A stretch of 64,000 nucleotides of DNA from the NCBI GenBank assembly GCA_963924565.1, contig OZ004607.1, forward strand, positions 23,994,001 to 24,058,000, read 5' to 3'. A program made the position numbers and the translations under genes. Under the pieces are notes generated by a model. That model saw only the letters and a program-made list of their open reading frames with translations. It was not told the origin of the DNA and did no database searches. Source of the DNA: Ascidiella aspersa (taxonomy: Eukaryota). Below, piece by piece: positions 36,721 to 50,334 of the stretch; positions within the stretch are counted from its first letter, which is position 1, and every line of letters begins with the position of its first letter.

Positions 36721-39700
36721 ATGTCATATTATTTTGATGGTAACCTAAATGATGGACAGACCAATCAATTTTACAATGGAAGAATAATTGACACCCCAAA
36801 ACCACAACATAATCAAACTAAAGATTATACTTCTGTTCCACTTGATCCAGAATTTGGTAGGTTAATATACTTTTTATGTATTTACATTATTTTACTTCCA
36901 AGTAATACTTTTTACTATTAACTGTTAAGAAAACCAAAAATTTCAGTCTTTTTTATTTGTGTAGATTGGGATTTAACCGGCTCTGGTGACAGAAGAGCAC
37001 CCCTATCGGTAATTAAACTACCATTTGGTTTTGCTAGTTATCAAAACTTGCAGTATGTGAATGCTAATTCAAAACGTTTTTCTTTATAGAAGCTGCCGAA
37101 CAAACATAAGTAAAATTATTTTGTATCTGATTTAATGACAAAATATTTTCAAATAATTTTTTTTTTTAAGGTATTTTAAATTGAAATTATATTGTCACAT
37201 GTTTTACATAAAAGAATGTGCAGTGTGTAAAACTTTTCATTTTATTGGGGGTCATAAGTGCTACTAGTATTTTTTCTCCAGAGTACGATACATCCCTTCA
37301 TAAAGAAAAAGAATAGAGTCTATGGACAGTTCAAATATGCTGTCAAGCCCATGCTTTCAATCAGAAATGCCCGCCGCACATTCCTTCTACTTATCATCAA
37401 TTTTGTTCTATTATTTTTCATGTTCAGTTGGTGTTCCTCTTCAAGCAGCTTAGGTATGATAACTTTGTAACATAGGTACCAAAGCAAATATCAACTTTCT
37501 AAAAATGTTTTTAAATAAATTTTAAGTTATTTGAATGTTATTCACATATTTTCTACTAAAAAGTAATATTTATCATTTGATTACACACAATTAAAACATT
37601 AATATACAATTAAAGCCCACAAACTTCCGAGCTAGACAAGTGTCTACCAATGAGCACTCACCCAGACAAATAACACATGCCAAAAATGTTGGCACGCCAT
37701 CTGTGACTTTTTTTACTCTTTGCAATGCGCTTACATGATTTAGATGGTTGTCTCGATTGTTTTTAGTGGGCCTTAAATGTTTAGAACTTTTTACCATGTT
37801 TGACGCAGTAGTTTGATTTTGTTTTTTTAGCAGCGTGTATCATTAGAAACTTAAAAATATTTGGCCCTTATTCGTAGAAACACATAATTTGTCACAGGTC
37901 AGCAATTTAAACCACGGTAAAGTCTGATAACAACAACTAATATTCTCAGCAGTTTGAGGGAGTGGGTATTAATCAGAATTTCACCTGCATTGGTGAGCGA
38001 CCGAGTGCCATTTTAAAACCCTGCATACTATAACAGTAAAACTACTGAAGCATGATGCTTTAAACTTTATAGAATTTAAATATAATTTTATATTTAAAAA
38101 TGTTTTGTTAACATGTAAATAATTGTATTGATTATTATTATGACAGCATTAAGAGCGTATGCATACCAGAGTGTGTTTGATGTCTTTACGTTGGTCACTT
38201 GCCTGATATCTATTTGGATTATCTCAAAGCAACAAAGTCAAATCGATGAAACAACACATTTTTTCAGTTATGTGAGATTGGAACTTTTGTTTGTGTTTTC
38301 ATCTGCTGTGCTTTCAATACTTGCTTCAATTTTTGTTTTAAAGGAGTGTTTGTCAAGGTAAGAAAAATTTATCAACTGAAGGACAACAGAAACATCTAAC
38401 ATTTTAATGGTATTTATTTAGGTTTGTAGATCAGCCAGATATTGCAATAGGTCGTTTAATTCCAGCTGCATTTTTTGGATTGTTGTTTCATACGGGTAAA
38501 ATGATGTCAATTCAAAACAAAGCATTCCAGAGTGTGACAGAAGGTAATAGAAGGTTGATACATAATTTTTACATCTACAGTACCACATTTATATAAAAGA
38601 TTTGTACACATGCATGTATTTTTCTGGGGTCGCGCCAACACTCACCATATTTTGATGTTTTAGTTCAATTTATGTATTTTGTTTTCTTTACAGTGACGTC
38701 ACACTAATATATGTAACTGAGTACATAGCAAAGATAAGCCTTTGTTTTTTCTACATAAACTAGGTGTTTTTAGCTCTTAGGACCTGCTAGGTTACAAAGA
38801 TTTCAGCAAATATTGATTTTTGGACATAACTACTCTTTCCGTTTTTAACCACATGGCTTTGTTTAATGAAATTCAGCGCAATGAGCATATTAAAAACGAA
38901 ACATGATAAATCGCTTGGAAGTAGAGAATGCCATGATGTTATACCTATGCAAAGTGTAGTCGCGTTTTTTAAAAAATTTTTTTTTTATGCAGGCATAACA
39001 ACAAATACCTAATTATTTTTTGAAATAACTAAAAAACTAAAATGCAACGTTGAGCATGCAGTATTTTTATTATTTTTGAGTTTTGAAGTGTATTTTATGG
39101 GCAAATTTTAATTGCCTAATAATAACCAGCTTCTTAAAGTTAGCTTAACAAAGTCTTTTCCAAGTGCTTTGTAGTACATTTATCGCCAAACAATATTTTA
39201 ATAGTTTGTAAACAACTTTAAATTTATACATGACAAAACTTGATTTTATGTTGGCACATCTCGCTCTTTTGACAGGTTTGGGTTCTTTTAACATATTCGG
39301 GTCAGTTATGGCTTAGGAAAAATGGGCACAAGACATGTGTATATAGAATCCCTGACAATAAACGGAAACTCATCATTTTAGAAAAGAGCATAAATAAACT
39401 AAAATGCAAATCGCTACTATTTGTAATTGGTATGTTTCTTTTAGCTTCATCGTCATCTGTGATCCAAGAACATGTAGCAGACATGAGTCACGGTTTGTGC
39501 AGTGTTGTTCCGGGCCTGGGACGCATACTCTTGCCCAGAGTCGACCCTTTTTTTCTTGCTTCATTTATCGGCGCTGCCTTTTTGTTACTAACAGACCTTT
39601 TGATTCAAATAGAGTAAGTATATAATGACTTTTGTTATAAAAACAATTATAAATAGGGTAGTTTGTTAGTTTTACAATCCAATTTATTATTTTTCAGTGC

Positions 39701-41370
39701 CTATTATTTTGCTGATACAGTCTCTGCATTTTTGATAGCCATCATCACCGTGTGCACAATGTGGCCCATAGTGAATTGTAGTGCCAGGGTTTTGCTTAAT
39801 ACAACTCCACCTTTTGTACTTTCTCAGCTGGATAAGTTACTAAGTGAAGCTCAAACACTAGGTCAGTGATGTACAATGGAATATTTATGTATATATATAA
39901 CAAGGGTTAATCACTAAAGGTGTTCCTAGCTCTTTTCTGAGAGAGAAAACATCGCTGAATATTGTGCACAAAACTGCAAAGCAACCTTAACTTCCAATAA
40001 TAATAACAAGATTGTAGGAATATTCTAAAAGGAGACATGGCATAAATATCTGTAAATCAGAAGATTTTTTTTACAAACGGACTTAAAAAAACTATAAATC
40101 AGTTTATAAGTGCCCTTGGCTGGCATAATTAAATAGGACTTAGCCAGGTAGTATGTTAGTACCTTAGCTATTCAAGATGCATCATTACTTATGTAGTTGT
40201 TCATCCAAAAATGCTGTTAAAATTTTGTTCTTCTCAAAATATTGTGTTGTGCGTACCTGTCTACAGAACATGCAGCAGTAATCTATAGAGAATTGAACAT
40301 CTAGAGCAGTGCTTCCAGACCTTTCTGTTCTTGCGACCACCATTTATCATACAAAACCTTTTGCAACACCTTAAGTTTAGTATATTACACACAAAGCACA
40401 TAACCAGAGTTGATAATATTCCCAAAATGAAAAAGTCAACATTTCAACTTTTGTAAAAAACACCAAATTTATTTCAGAAATATGAACAAATTATTAAAGT
40501 TGCAGTTAAGGTCTCCATTCTCGTCTTTAATTGTTCTTGTTCACAATCAAAAAAAAATTTAGATGGAGTTTTGGAAATTCGTCAGGAGCGATTTTATACA
40601 ATGGCATTGTCACCACCAAAGTTACACAATGATCTTCATCAGTGCAATAGCTATGGCTTGATCATGGCTGGATCTGTCCAGGTTCGCGTACGGAGGGATG
40701 CCAATGAGCAAATGGTTTTAGCCCATGTCACTAACCGCCTATCACCACTTGTTGCCAATCTTACTGTACAAGTATGTTCATTAAAGGACCATTGACTGTC
40801 CTTTCTATTTTTACTTCACATAATTCTTTTCAATGCATGCTACAAAGAGATTTTTCTATAATTGTATTTTGAATGTTTTAGATTGTGAAAGATGATTGGG
40901 CTTCAACTGGAACTTTATCAGCGACAGGTATAAGCGGTAAGACACAAATACCAAATTCGTCATCCGTCAGAAGTCAAAAAGCTCAGTCGTCTACAATAAT
41001 CTATGGTTTCAACAAACCAGCAGCAGCAGTGGTTCCCTACCAACAGACACCCCCAAAACCAGGACCACAAACAACCCCAATTCCTATTGCTACAACAAAT
41101 GTTGTGTCCCAAACAGTAAAAGTAGATGACTTTAGCTTTCAACCTACGTCATCCAAACCAGCTGTAAAACCGAAGGTTGACTCAACTCCTGGTAGCAACA
41201 TTGCTCGCATGTATAAAGCTGCAGGCTATACCTCACCGCCTCAAATTGGTGGAACTATACACAACAAAAGTACAAATTTGTCAAGTAAAACTTCATTTGA
41301 AAAATTACCAGCAACACTAACAGCACCTAATCGAAGTGGAAAAGGCCACGTCTCATTAATTAAAAAATGA
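36721..41370 (+). CDS. SLC30A6: Zinc transporter 6 (CDF family, Golgi)
   Basis: STIHPF...FSWCSSSSSLALRAYAYQSVFD, RLELLFVFSS, ASSSSVIQEHVADMSHGLCSVVPGLGRILLPRVDPF, VLLNTTPPFVLSQLDKLLSEAQTLDGVLEIR and AGSVQVRVRRDANEQMVLAHVTNRL...TVQIVKDDW are ZnT6-specific stretches. Confidence 0.95.
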
Positions 41371-41633
41371 AAATATTAGATTTAATTCATATTCTTCTTG
41401 TCATTGCATTTATCTTAGGTAGTTTCTTTTTAAAAGGGCATTCATAAATTCCAGTTATGTGATACAATTTAAAGTTTTACTTTTACTACCTGAGGTAATG
41501 TTGACACTAAATCAAGAAATGTACATTGCTCATTTATTGTAAACTGTTTCTACATTTTCTGTTACGTATTGTTTTATTGAAAAAATAAATTGCTCTTTCT
41601 TTAACACAGTTCAATGTATGCGGCAGTTGAAAG

Positions 41634-41985
41634 CAGGGCTGTGGAGTTCGAATCGGACTTTGGACTCGACGGGGTTTTGCTGGAGTCGTAGTCGGGACTC
41701 TAGTAAGACCACGTAAAACTACCGGAGTCCGACGTTCTCATGCGCGGTAGCAAATTTTAAAACGAAAATTGCCGCCAACTTTTAAGGCATAAAGGGATAT
41801 TTTGTCGTATTCAGTAACATAAAGTGGATATTTTCCCGATTTTAGTTACGTAAATTATTTTTAGTTAGGTAAATGGGCGAAAAACAGGCTGTAGAGTGGT
41901 AACCGGGCTCGGGACTCGCGAAATCGCACATTTGGCCGGATCGGGAATTGGACTCTGGTTGTTTTTAACCGACTCCGCAGCCGTG
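41634..41985. mobile_element. hAT-type MITE (GGAGTC/GACTC repeats); inverted partial sister copy at ~42056-42318
   Basis: CAGGGCTGTGGAG...CTCCGCAGCCGTG termini. TSD GTTGAAAG/CTTGAAAG. Blocks GTAAGACCACGT and AAACAGGCTGTAGAGT recur inverted downstream. Confidence 0.75.
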
Positions 41986-42837
41986 CTTGAAAGTCATGTC
42001 AACTGATAAGGCAATGAGACTTGTTAAGCATATTAATTGATCATATAAACTCAAACTCTACAGCCTGTTTTCCGCCAATACGAAACCAAATACGGTGCAT
42101 ACTTAAAAATCCACTTATAGGGGTGTCCGTGTCATATAATTCATTCACAACACTTTTCAAAATTTGGAATTACACATGCGCTCGTCGGACACTTCTCAAA
42201 ATTTGGTTCTACCACGCATGCGCTCGTCGGACTCTGGTATAGTTTAACGTGGTCTTACGAGTCCGACTCCAGCAAAACAAATCGACTTCGTCGAGTCTCG
42301 AGTCGGCTCGCAGCCCTGGTTTATAATATCCAGAGCATGTTCACTTGCAGCCACAACTAAAAAAAATCGCGTTATTAAGGAAAATGACAAGGTTTGACTT
42401 TCTTCTCTGTTTCTTTCAATTGTAACATAACAGTTAACTGACGCAATGATTTAAAGTGGTGTGGTGTGGTTATTTTTTAGGTGAAAAATTAAACTTCAAT
42501 CACCATAACTGGTTTCCCGAGAAAAGCTAATCCGCGAATGTTTGTGGCACATCAGAAGTAACGATATCTGTAAGTAGTTTAGAATTTAGATAAAATCTGT
42601 CCGTTTCTTGATTTTGAAATTGGATATTACAAGAAGTATTTAACCTCTATCGTAATATTTACCTCAAAAACTTTACCAAGCAGGGCCATACTTTTGCAAC
42701 AGTAATTAATACGGAAATGCGGAACCAATTATACCTTTTTTAACTGAATTACGACTGATTAAATATCATTTCAATAAGCACCAATGTTGACAAGCTTGAT
42801 AACAAACGTTAACGAATCGTAAAAGATCGGCGTAGCT

Positions 42838-43760
42838 CAAGGGTGGGCAATTATTTATTTTTTGGGGGGCCGCATGAGAAACATAAAATGTTGTGGCGGG
42901 CCGGATCGAAATAAGATCTCATACACACACAATATTACATCATACTGTGACGCTATAAGAAAAGTAAGCAAAAGAACGACTTTATGACAAGTTGTGCGAA
43001 AATGTGCAACACAAATCGAATGTTGCGCGAAAAAAAGCGGCTATTTGTATAAATAGTAAACTTTACTTTAGATTTAGTGGGGGGTGTAACGAATGCCATA
43101 GAGCAGTGCTTCTCAACCTATGGGTCGCGACCCAAAATTGGGTCGCTGACTGCAGTAATTCACATGTTTATACTAATCGAGATTGTTTCTGAGCAAGAAA
43201 ACAACTGCCATAGAGCATAGACAAACTATGTGTACATTGTTGGAAATATTGTGATTTGACAAATTCTGGTAGCATCGACCCAAAACCTCAAGGTTAAAAT
43301 AAGTAAAAATCGTATTAAAAACTTACAATGTTGTTTTGCTTAGTAAGGCTTAAAGTTGCCGATGTGTTATGTGTTACTTGCGGTATACGGTAATGGCCAT
43401 TAGCCATATTGCAAAGACGGTAGGCCTATAAATCGGTAAGAACACAAAGCATGACATTTACTGAATTGGGTAGAAAAAATGTGAATCGAATTTTTTAGCC
43501 CTTGAAAAACGGCTGGTAGACTAATGTTCGTTAATATTTTGAAGACTTTATATACATTCGACCGAAGTCGGTAGGCCTAAATGCCTAAAATACGTGGAAT
43601 ATACGACAAAGAAAAAAAATGAATCGCGCGAAGCTTTAGTCTTCAAAACACGCTTAAATTATATTTTGGTTAGGTCATTACTAGATCAGTCCCTGGAAAG
43701 AGTGTGTTCCAGTGGTTATTAACCTATTTTTCTAGCGCGCCCCCTTTATAATTACTTTGT
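42838..43760. mobile_element. Cluster of hAT/Charlie-like terminal fragments
   Basis: CAAGGGTGGGCAA (42838), CAGTGCTTCTCAACC (43104) and CAGTGGTTATTAACC (43710) resemble the TIRs of complete elements elsewhere in the window. No matching right ends were found. Confidence 0.45.
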
Positions 43761-45158
43761 GGCTTGCAACCTAACAATAATTATATATATTAGCAAGAAA
43801 TATCATAAGCAAATAAAGCTAAATACGCAGTAATATCCAGGACAGTAAAGCCTAAAACTACAGGTAGGCCATCAGTCTGGCAACGGCCATTTTGGCGTTG
43901 ACGTTTGTGTGCCCTAGTTAAATGGCGCCTCTATTTGCAAAAGTATTGTTTTATCTGTTTGGGTTTAGCAATTGGTTAAGTGGAGTTGTGATGAAGTTTG
44001 GCGGGAGGTAAAAGTTTGCAAATGACTTATTCCGACAAGTTTAAGACTTTTTTCGATTTTCACGTGATAACGACAATTGGGTATCGGCCCAATTTTGGTC
44101 ATATTACCATTCGTGTTTGATTCCTAAGTTGATCGTGTTTTTACTTCGATATTATGGCCGGAGTACGCCACGGCATTTCAAAGTGCATAATGCCAGACAT
44201 TAAGAGATTTATTTTACATTAGAAAATCAACATAAGTAAGTAAAGTAACTAGTTGAGATCCCCTATGGATCGCTCAGCTCCTGTTGAAATGCCTTTTAAC
44301 TAACTGTGTTTAATGTATCTCATCGTGCACAGTTTAACGAAAGCTTAGGAAATCAAATCTCTTGCAAAGATAAACCTATTCAGTACAACAACATATACAG
44401 GCTACAAAATAATAATTCATTTTTTCAATACCTTATTATTGAAGAAATAGGATGCTACAATTTCAATTAAACATATTGGATAATCCAAGAGTTGCATATT
44501 GATTAAAAAAACATTTACAATGTGCAAATTACCGATAGTTGAAAATTAAAAATGTAAAAATAATAATATCCCTAAATCTAGAACCATTCAAAAAAAAATA
44601 TAGCCAAATTTAGGTTGTTATTAGCATATTCAGAGACACAAATTGCCCAGAAATGAGAAACTGTTAAAATTGTTTGCCACTCCTTAAAAATATTTTGTTG
44701 GCCAGTGATGTTTGGATGTTTGGAATACATTTCATTTAATCAAAACAAAGAAACATTGATGGGGTGAAAATATTGGAGTAATGCATTTAATATAATCAGT
44801 ACAATATTTATAAAACTGTGATTTGAAAATAAAACAGTTACTCGTATACATGTAAAATTATTATGTTTCATGGCATTGCTTGCCATATAATGCCTGATGC
44901 TAATACGAGTGAATGATTTTTTGCACTGATTTTTGCACTATTGTGTTTATACCAATCTGACAAACACCATAGCAGTATGGATCCTGCAACATTCAGGTCA
45001 CTGTACCGGAATATAAAACCGTTTTTTTTTCCTTTGTGAGTTTTTCACACCGTCCATTTTAAGAACCCTTAACTTGAAATTACATAGAATTAATCAGGGT
45101 AACCATGATTTTCAATTTTCTGTTAGAAAAATATATTTTATTGGCAATAGAAGCCATT

Positions 45159-47062
45159 TCAATGGTCTTCATCCCCAGAAGTAACATAAAGCCTTGGCTG
45201 CACCGGTGCTTGCGGAAACAATGGTGCTAACTTTACTTTGCCAAGCAAATTTAAATCTACCTTGCGATTAACCACACATCCTTGAATGGTTTGAACTATA
45301 AGTTGACAGAGCATTGGCAGCACGCAAAACTTTTGAATATGGGGGTTGGTTTCTAAAAAATCCCAGATGACATCCTCCAAACCGGAATCTCCACACACAT
45401 GCTTACAAACACCAATTTGGGACTCCTTGGTTAATCCAGTTACATAGACAACATATGAAGGCCTATACTCCTCAGCCATTTCATAAAATTCTCTATGCCT
45501 GCAAGTGATCGCTTTTCTAGCTTTGGGCCAAACATTGCCAAGCATTAAGTTCTTAATGTGAACATCAGGAAATTGCCGACCAACTGATTGTGGGACTGGG
45601 CCCGGCTTTGAGAAAGCATCGGTATTACATTCATCCAAACCATCGAGGATGATCAATAGTTCTTTTCCTTCACCAAAATTTTCAAGGACATCACTTGTCC
45701 AAGAAGTGTCTTGTTCCCAATTTCCAGTCATTCCAATGGTGATAAAGTTAATTAAGGTAACAGGTTTGGTAAAATCTATATCAGCCACACAAATATGGAA
45801 GATAAACCTCTTGTCATTCATCACTCCGTTTGAGCGGATTTCAGTTAGTAGCATTTGAGTAAGTGCAGATTTGCCAATGCCAGCTTCTCCAATGATTACC
45901 ACATTAAATGCAAGTTTATCAAGTAAACGCTCCACTTTTTTGTCAGATTCAGTATTTTCTGTCCCTTTCATCATCTTATACATATTTCTTGCCATTTCAA
46001 TGTCATGGCGCCTTGGAGCAAACATAGATTCAAAACTCTGATCGGCTGCATCAGCAGTTACATGACGCATTCCTAATAAACAAATTATAAACAAAAGAGT
46101 TAATAGATTGTATAGCAATTTAAAACAAAGTCTATAAAATATATTTTTTATGTAGATTTGTCTGTCCGTCCGTCGCTTTGTTTATTGCAAGATAAAACTG
46201 GAGTGGAGTAAGTGAGACCGAGCAGCAAAAGCCAGATTTAAGATAATACATTTTAGCCAGACGATTAGAAATTTAGTTACACTTACTAGCATGTGGTATA
46301 ATAACATATATTTACTGACAGCTATCAAAAAATAAATTTGGCCAAAACAATTCTGGTTTTACTGTTATTGTGTGAAAATTTTGCGTCAATACATGACACT
46401 ATCAGTGCCATTTTTGGCACTTAGCGGACATGATCAGTGCTTAACAGTAAATAGACAATAAGCTTTGCTGTTTTACAATTGCTAGCCTCACTACATAAAT
46501 GCAAATAATTAAATATCATATGATATAAAACTTAAATTTAACAGTCCTAGTTTATTGTAACAATAATAACTTTACACCGCAGGTAAAACACCAGTAGACA
46601 ATTTTTTTTTTTTATCATGTTGAGTTTAAAGCGACATAAAAATTATAAATAGCCTATTTATCCTAGGCAACATCAAGTATTTTATAGAATAACTATATAT
46701 TAACAAGAGTTGTCACTTACTTTCAATCATGTCAAACAGTTGAACTAAAACTTTTTCATCTAAAACAAAACATACAAACATAAGTACTTTATAACATTAA
46801 GCCATCCATGTTAATAGCAGCTATCCAATACCAGTATTTCACACACCTTTTTGGTACATATTTACTGGTTATATTTTTGAAAATTATTTACTTATTTGTC
46901 CAAGACTAATTCAGATCTATGTGTTCTAATTTTTTCGAGATTGCTCTGAAATAAAACTCACTGTATATTCCAAACGAATAAAGTAATTGAAATTAAAAAA
47001 AGTTTAACATAACAGTTTATAACATATTTACCTTTTTTCATTGCTGGTTGCTTTTTCGGCAT
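45159..47062 (-). CDS. NACHT-domain (NLR-like) NTPase, apparently without death-fold or LRR domains (~327 aa)
   Basis: Exons 47062-47032, 46759-46721 and 46072-45159 join in frame. Walker A GEAGIGKS, Walker B LLIILDGLDE, sensor-1 AITCR and helical-domain-1 motif FCVLPMLCQLI. Confidence 0.85.
46131..46687 (+). mobile_element. Decayed non-autonomous Helitron in the NACHT gene intron
   Basis: 5' TCTATAAAATATA followed by the GTCTGTCCGTCCGTC microsatellite. The 3' CCTAGGCAACATCAAGTATTTTATAG is a degenerate version of the terminus at 3886-3914. A third 3' end lies at ~49066-49096. Confidence 0.5.
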
Positions 47063-47246
47063 GATTGACTGTAGTAAAGTCTCTTGCAGGTCTCTTGTTT
47101 GTTTCTAGAGGCTAATGCTAAGTTTACGCTAAGATTGAATCCGTTTGATGGGTAGCGTGTTCCAACAGCTTACCCACATCAATGTATTAAACGAATCTGT
47201 GTTTATTCAATAACAACAGAAAGCAATCAACTTACAGAAATAGCGT

Positions 47247-48150
47247 AAGGTACAGGATCCACACTCCAGTACTAACGGTCACATCACTACAGGGGGTCGA
47301 GTGACTTTATTATGACTAGGGCACGCAAAAGTCAATAAAGTTAAAATTTTTTAAGGGGCTCGTCTGTCCACGAATCAAAGAATAAAGTTGTTTTCAGCAC
47401 CTAGGGGACTGTTTATAAGAAGTTTATAGGTTAAAATTTACAATAAAGTCAAAATTTTGTAATGAAGTCAAAATTCGTCAAATTATGGCTTTTGACAACG
47501 TTTTTGTGTTTCTTGAGAGTATTTTTTGTAAAAATCGTCGTGGAAGCATTGTAAATTAGGAACTGCGACACAATTAAACCACATTAACCCATAAAAGCAG
47601 GAAAATGTCACAATGTCCACTTGGATCAGAGGTAACTTTTATCGCAAATTGTCCATTTTTTGTTTATTGTTGCGTATTTAAATAATTCTTATAAAACACT
47701 TCATCTTCATTAACGTGGTCTTTTCGAAGATCAACAGTTTACATTTTAGAAATAGCCTACTGACATTCTGTAATACAAAAATGCCTAAGCAAGTTATATT
47801 TATCGCCAAAAAACCAACGCACTTTTTATAATCCATAAAACACCTTGATTTTCGAAAAAAATATTACGTTTGAGTCTGAATTAGACAAAATATGATGTTT
47901 GGGTAACTGGCATCAATTCAAGGAAGAACTGTAGCCTCTACAAATAAGCAATTTTGTTAGGTTAAAATAAAGTTAAAATTTGTTTTTTTAGGTTAAAATA
48001 AAAATGGCCCTAATTATGACTGACTGCCAGTGTCACCAAATTGCTGACACCTGTCACCGATTCCGTGACACCCTGCCATTGACAACATTTGGTGACACTG
48101 ACAGGGTGTCAATAAAAAGTCACGACCCCCTGTTGTGACCGTTATACCTT
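47247..48150. mobile_element. Non-autonomous TIR transposon directly upstream of the NACHT gene
   Basis: The right end, reverse-complemented, reads AAGGTATAACGGTCACAACAGGGGGTCGTGACTTTTTATTGAC. It matches the left end apart from small insertions. A dense TGACA/TGTCA array lies at 48017-48112. Confidence 0.65.
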
Positions 48151-49228
48151 GCGGCAAAGGTGGAACCTAAGAAACCTTGTTGTTTGTTTTCACCATAAAT
48201 TAACCATTCCAATTTTATTTTTTGAATTCTTTATAAATATTGTATTGGCCTACATTACATTTGTTAACCTTGTTAAGTTTAAATAAATGAAATAGCGATT
48301 AAACACATATGAAGCATGCGTGTTTAATTACAAGTCTCATTAAACTAATTTTCCTCAATCAATCAACCTCGCTATTTCTTCAATAAGTATTGTTGTAGTC
48401 TGATTACAAATCCACACAGTTTGTGTTGGCTATTATGGGCAAACCGGCAAATGCCGGCAAGCACAACCACTCACTGTATTGTCTAGACAAGACTGGATAT
48501 ATATTGATATAAGTTTCGCATATACAAGTTGAAAGTTTACATGAAAGAAAGAAGGCGACACGAGAAAGCGGAAATGATTTATAACAAGCCTTTTTGGCAG
48601 CCGGGAACTGCAACAATAACGCGTTCACACAGGTGAAATACTTTTATCTATAACGGAAATATGTGTCACGATATAACATTCTTCATGTGTGAAACAGCCG
48701 AATGCTTTGTTCTCAGAATGACAGCGAGTGTTTGGTAAAGGGCTTGAAAAAGTGACAAATCATAAATCGTAACACATTTGATAAATACACAATACAATAC
48801 ATTCCAAATTATCCACTAATTATTACTTATGACGCTACACATATAGTCAGGAAGTAAAAGTTTTAGGCGGGCCTGTAGTGACTCTTCCTGATCGCCTTAG
48901 TTGTCTTTTCAGTTACCGTATACGCAAATATTTGATACAGATGCTCCACCGCATGACCACGCGAAATTCAGTTTAACCACGCGAAATTCAGATTCATTTC
49001 GCAAATTGTCGTCCTTATTGCAGTTGTAATTAATTTACATAATTAAACGAGCAAATACTCTATCTAACCTGGGCAACGCCGAGTATTTTATCAAGTGATT
49101 CAAAAGGCAGGAAGCCAGACTTTTGCATCTGATGGGTTTTAATTCGCGATGAAGCAGAAAAACGTTTAGGCCCACACGTAAACACAACACAGGTTGCTTT
49201 ATAGGGGCTTTGAACAACGCAATTACCC

Positions 49229-49422
49229 AAGAGCTATTATGTGTTTACAGTAACTTTTATGATGTAGTTCATTATGTCAGAGATAATGGTCTATGCGAAG
49301 CAACGCTGCTCGCACCAAAGTGTTAAATGCTAAATGGCCTGTTTCTGCAGTCAGCAGTTGGATTGTCTGTTGCTATTTAAGACCGCCGCTATCCGTTTGT
49401 AAACTAACTTCTTCTTTGTTCA
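49229..49422. repeat. ~195-bp direct repeat, copy 1
   Basis: AAGAGCTATTATGTGTTTACAG...TTCTTTGTTCAC is repeated at ~51767-51961. I see 2 substitutions. Confidence 0.9.
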
Positions 49423-50219
49423 CTTGCGGTCATGTTTGGGACCTGCAAGGAGCTAGCTGTTGGAGGAATTCTCGTCGAAAGATACGTCACAAGACGCTCC
49501 ATGGCATCATCAAAGCTTAAAATACGGAACGCCATTGATGTTTTTGCTTAAAAATACGGAACGCCATTGATGAAGTACGGTACAAGCTAAAAAAGCGCCG
49601 CCGATGGAGGAAAAATCACCACGCGGAATTATGGAAAACGCAATTTGCCGTTGAACATGGTTTTCACAAAAACTGATTCTGGCTTGTTTACCAGGTGAAA
49701 ATACTTTTAAAAATATTAAAAAAATATTTAAGTTAAAATGCCGACCGGAAAGTCTGTAAATTGTTTTTGTGAACGAATTTAAGTTGAAACGCCGATCGAT
49801 AGATCTGTTGATAAATTTTAAAAGAGCTTACTTTTTTGTGCTTGGAGCTCATTAGTTTGAAATCAACGCGTGAAACTTGTGAATCACATTTAATATTGTT
49901 GTGCACGAATAATTTTGTGTGAAAATTCCAATTCTTTCAAACATTTGGTACGTTTTGGGGTTTCAGTTAGGGAAGTCTGAATCAAAGAACGCACAAAGCG
50001 TCTATAGTTAGGTAGAAAAAAACACGAGACGAAAAAATTCCTCTTTAAAAGCATAATGTTTCAACCACGCGCGACACACGTGCTTCATTCGTGCAAGTCA
50101 AAACACGAATTTTGGGATAAGCCCATTACCTGCCTTTGTCAAAAGCAATAGAGAATAAGCAGCAATTCAAAAACGGATTTTTTGTAGCATAATGGTTGGA
50201 GGTTGTAGTAAGACGTAAT

Positions 50220-50334
50220 AAGAATATCAAAGCCCATACAGAAGTAGGTATCATTTTGAACGTTTCGAATAACTCTTTATTCATTTTCAACATCAAAAAA
50301 TGATACCTACTTCTGTATGGGCTTGGATTTTCTT
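50220..50334. repeat. Inverted repeat with decayed hammerhead core (Penelope-like end)
   Basis: Arms 50220-50257 and 50297-50334. The minus-strand loop reads UUGAAAA-U-GAAUAA-agag-UUAUUC-GAAAC-GUU. Confidence 0.7.

Noticed and set aside
46846-46945. Extra small exons in the NACHT gene (an 18-nt in-frame candidate near 46847-46864 and a 54-nt candidate near 46892-46945)
   Set aside because: The 54-nt candidate introduces stops. The 18-nt one has weak splice signals and cannot be supported without transcripts.
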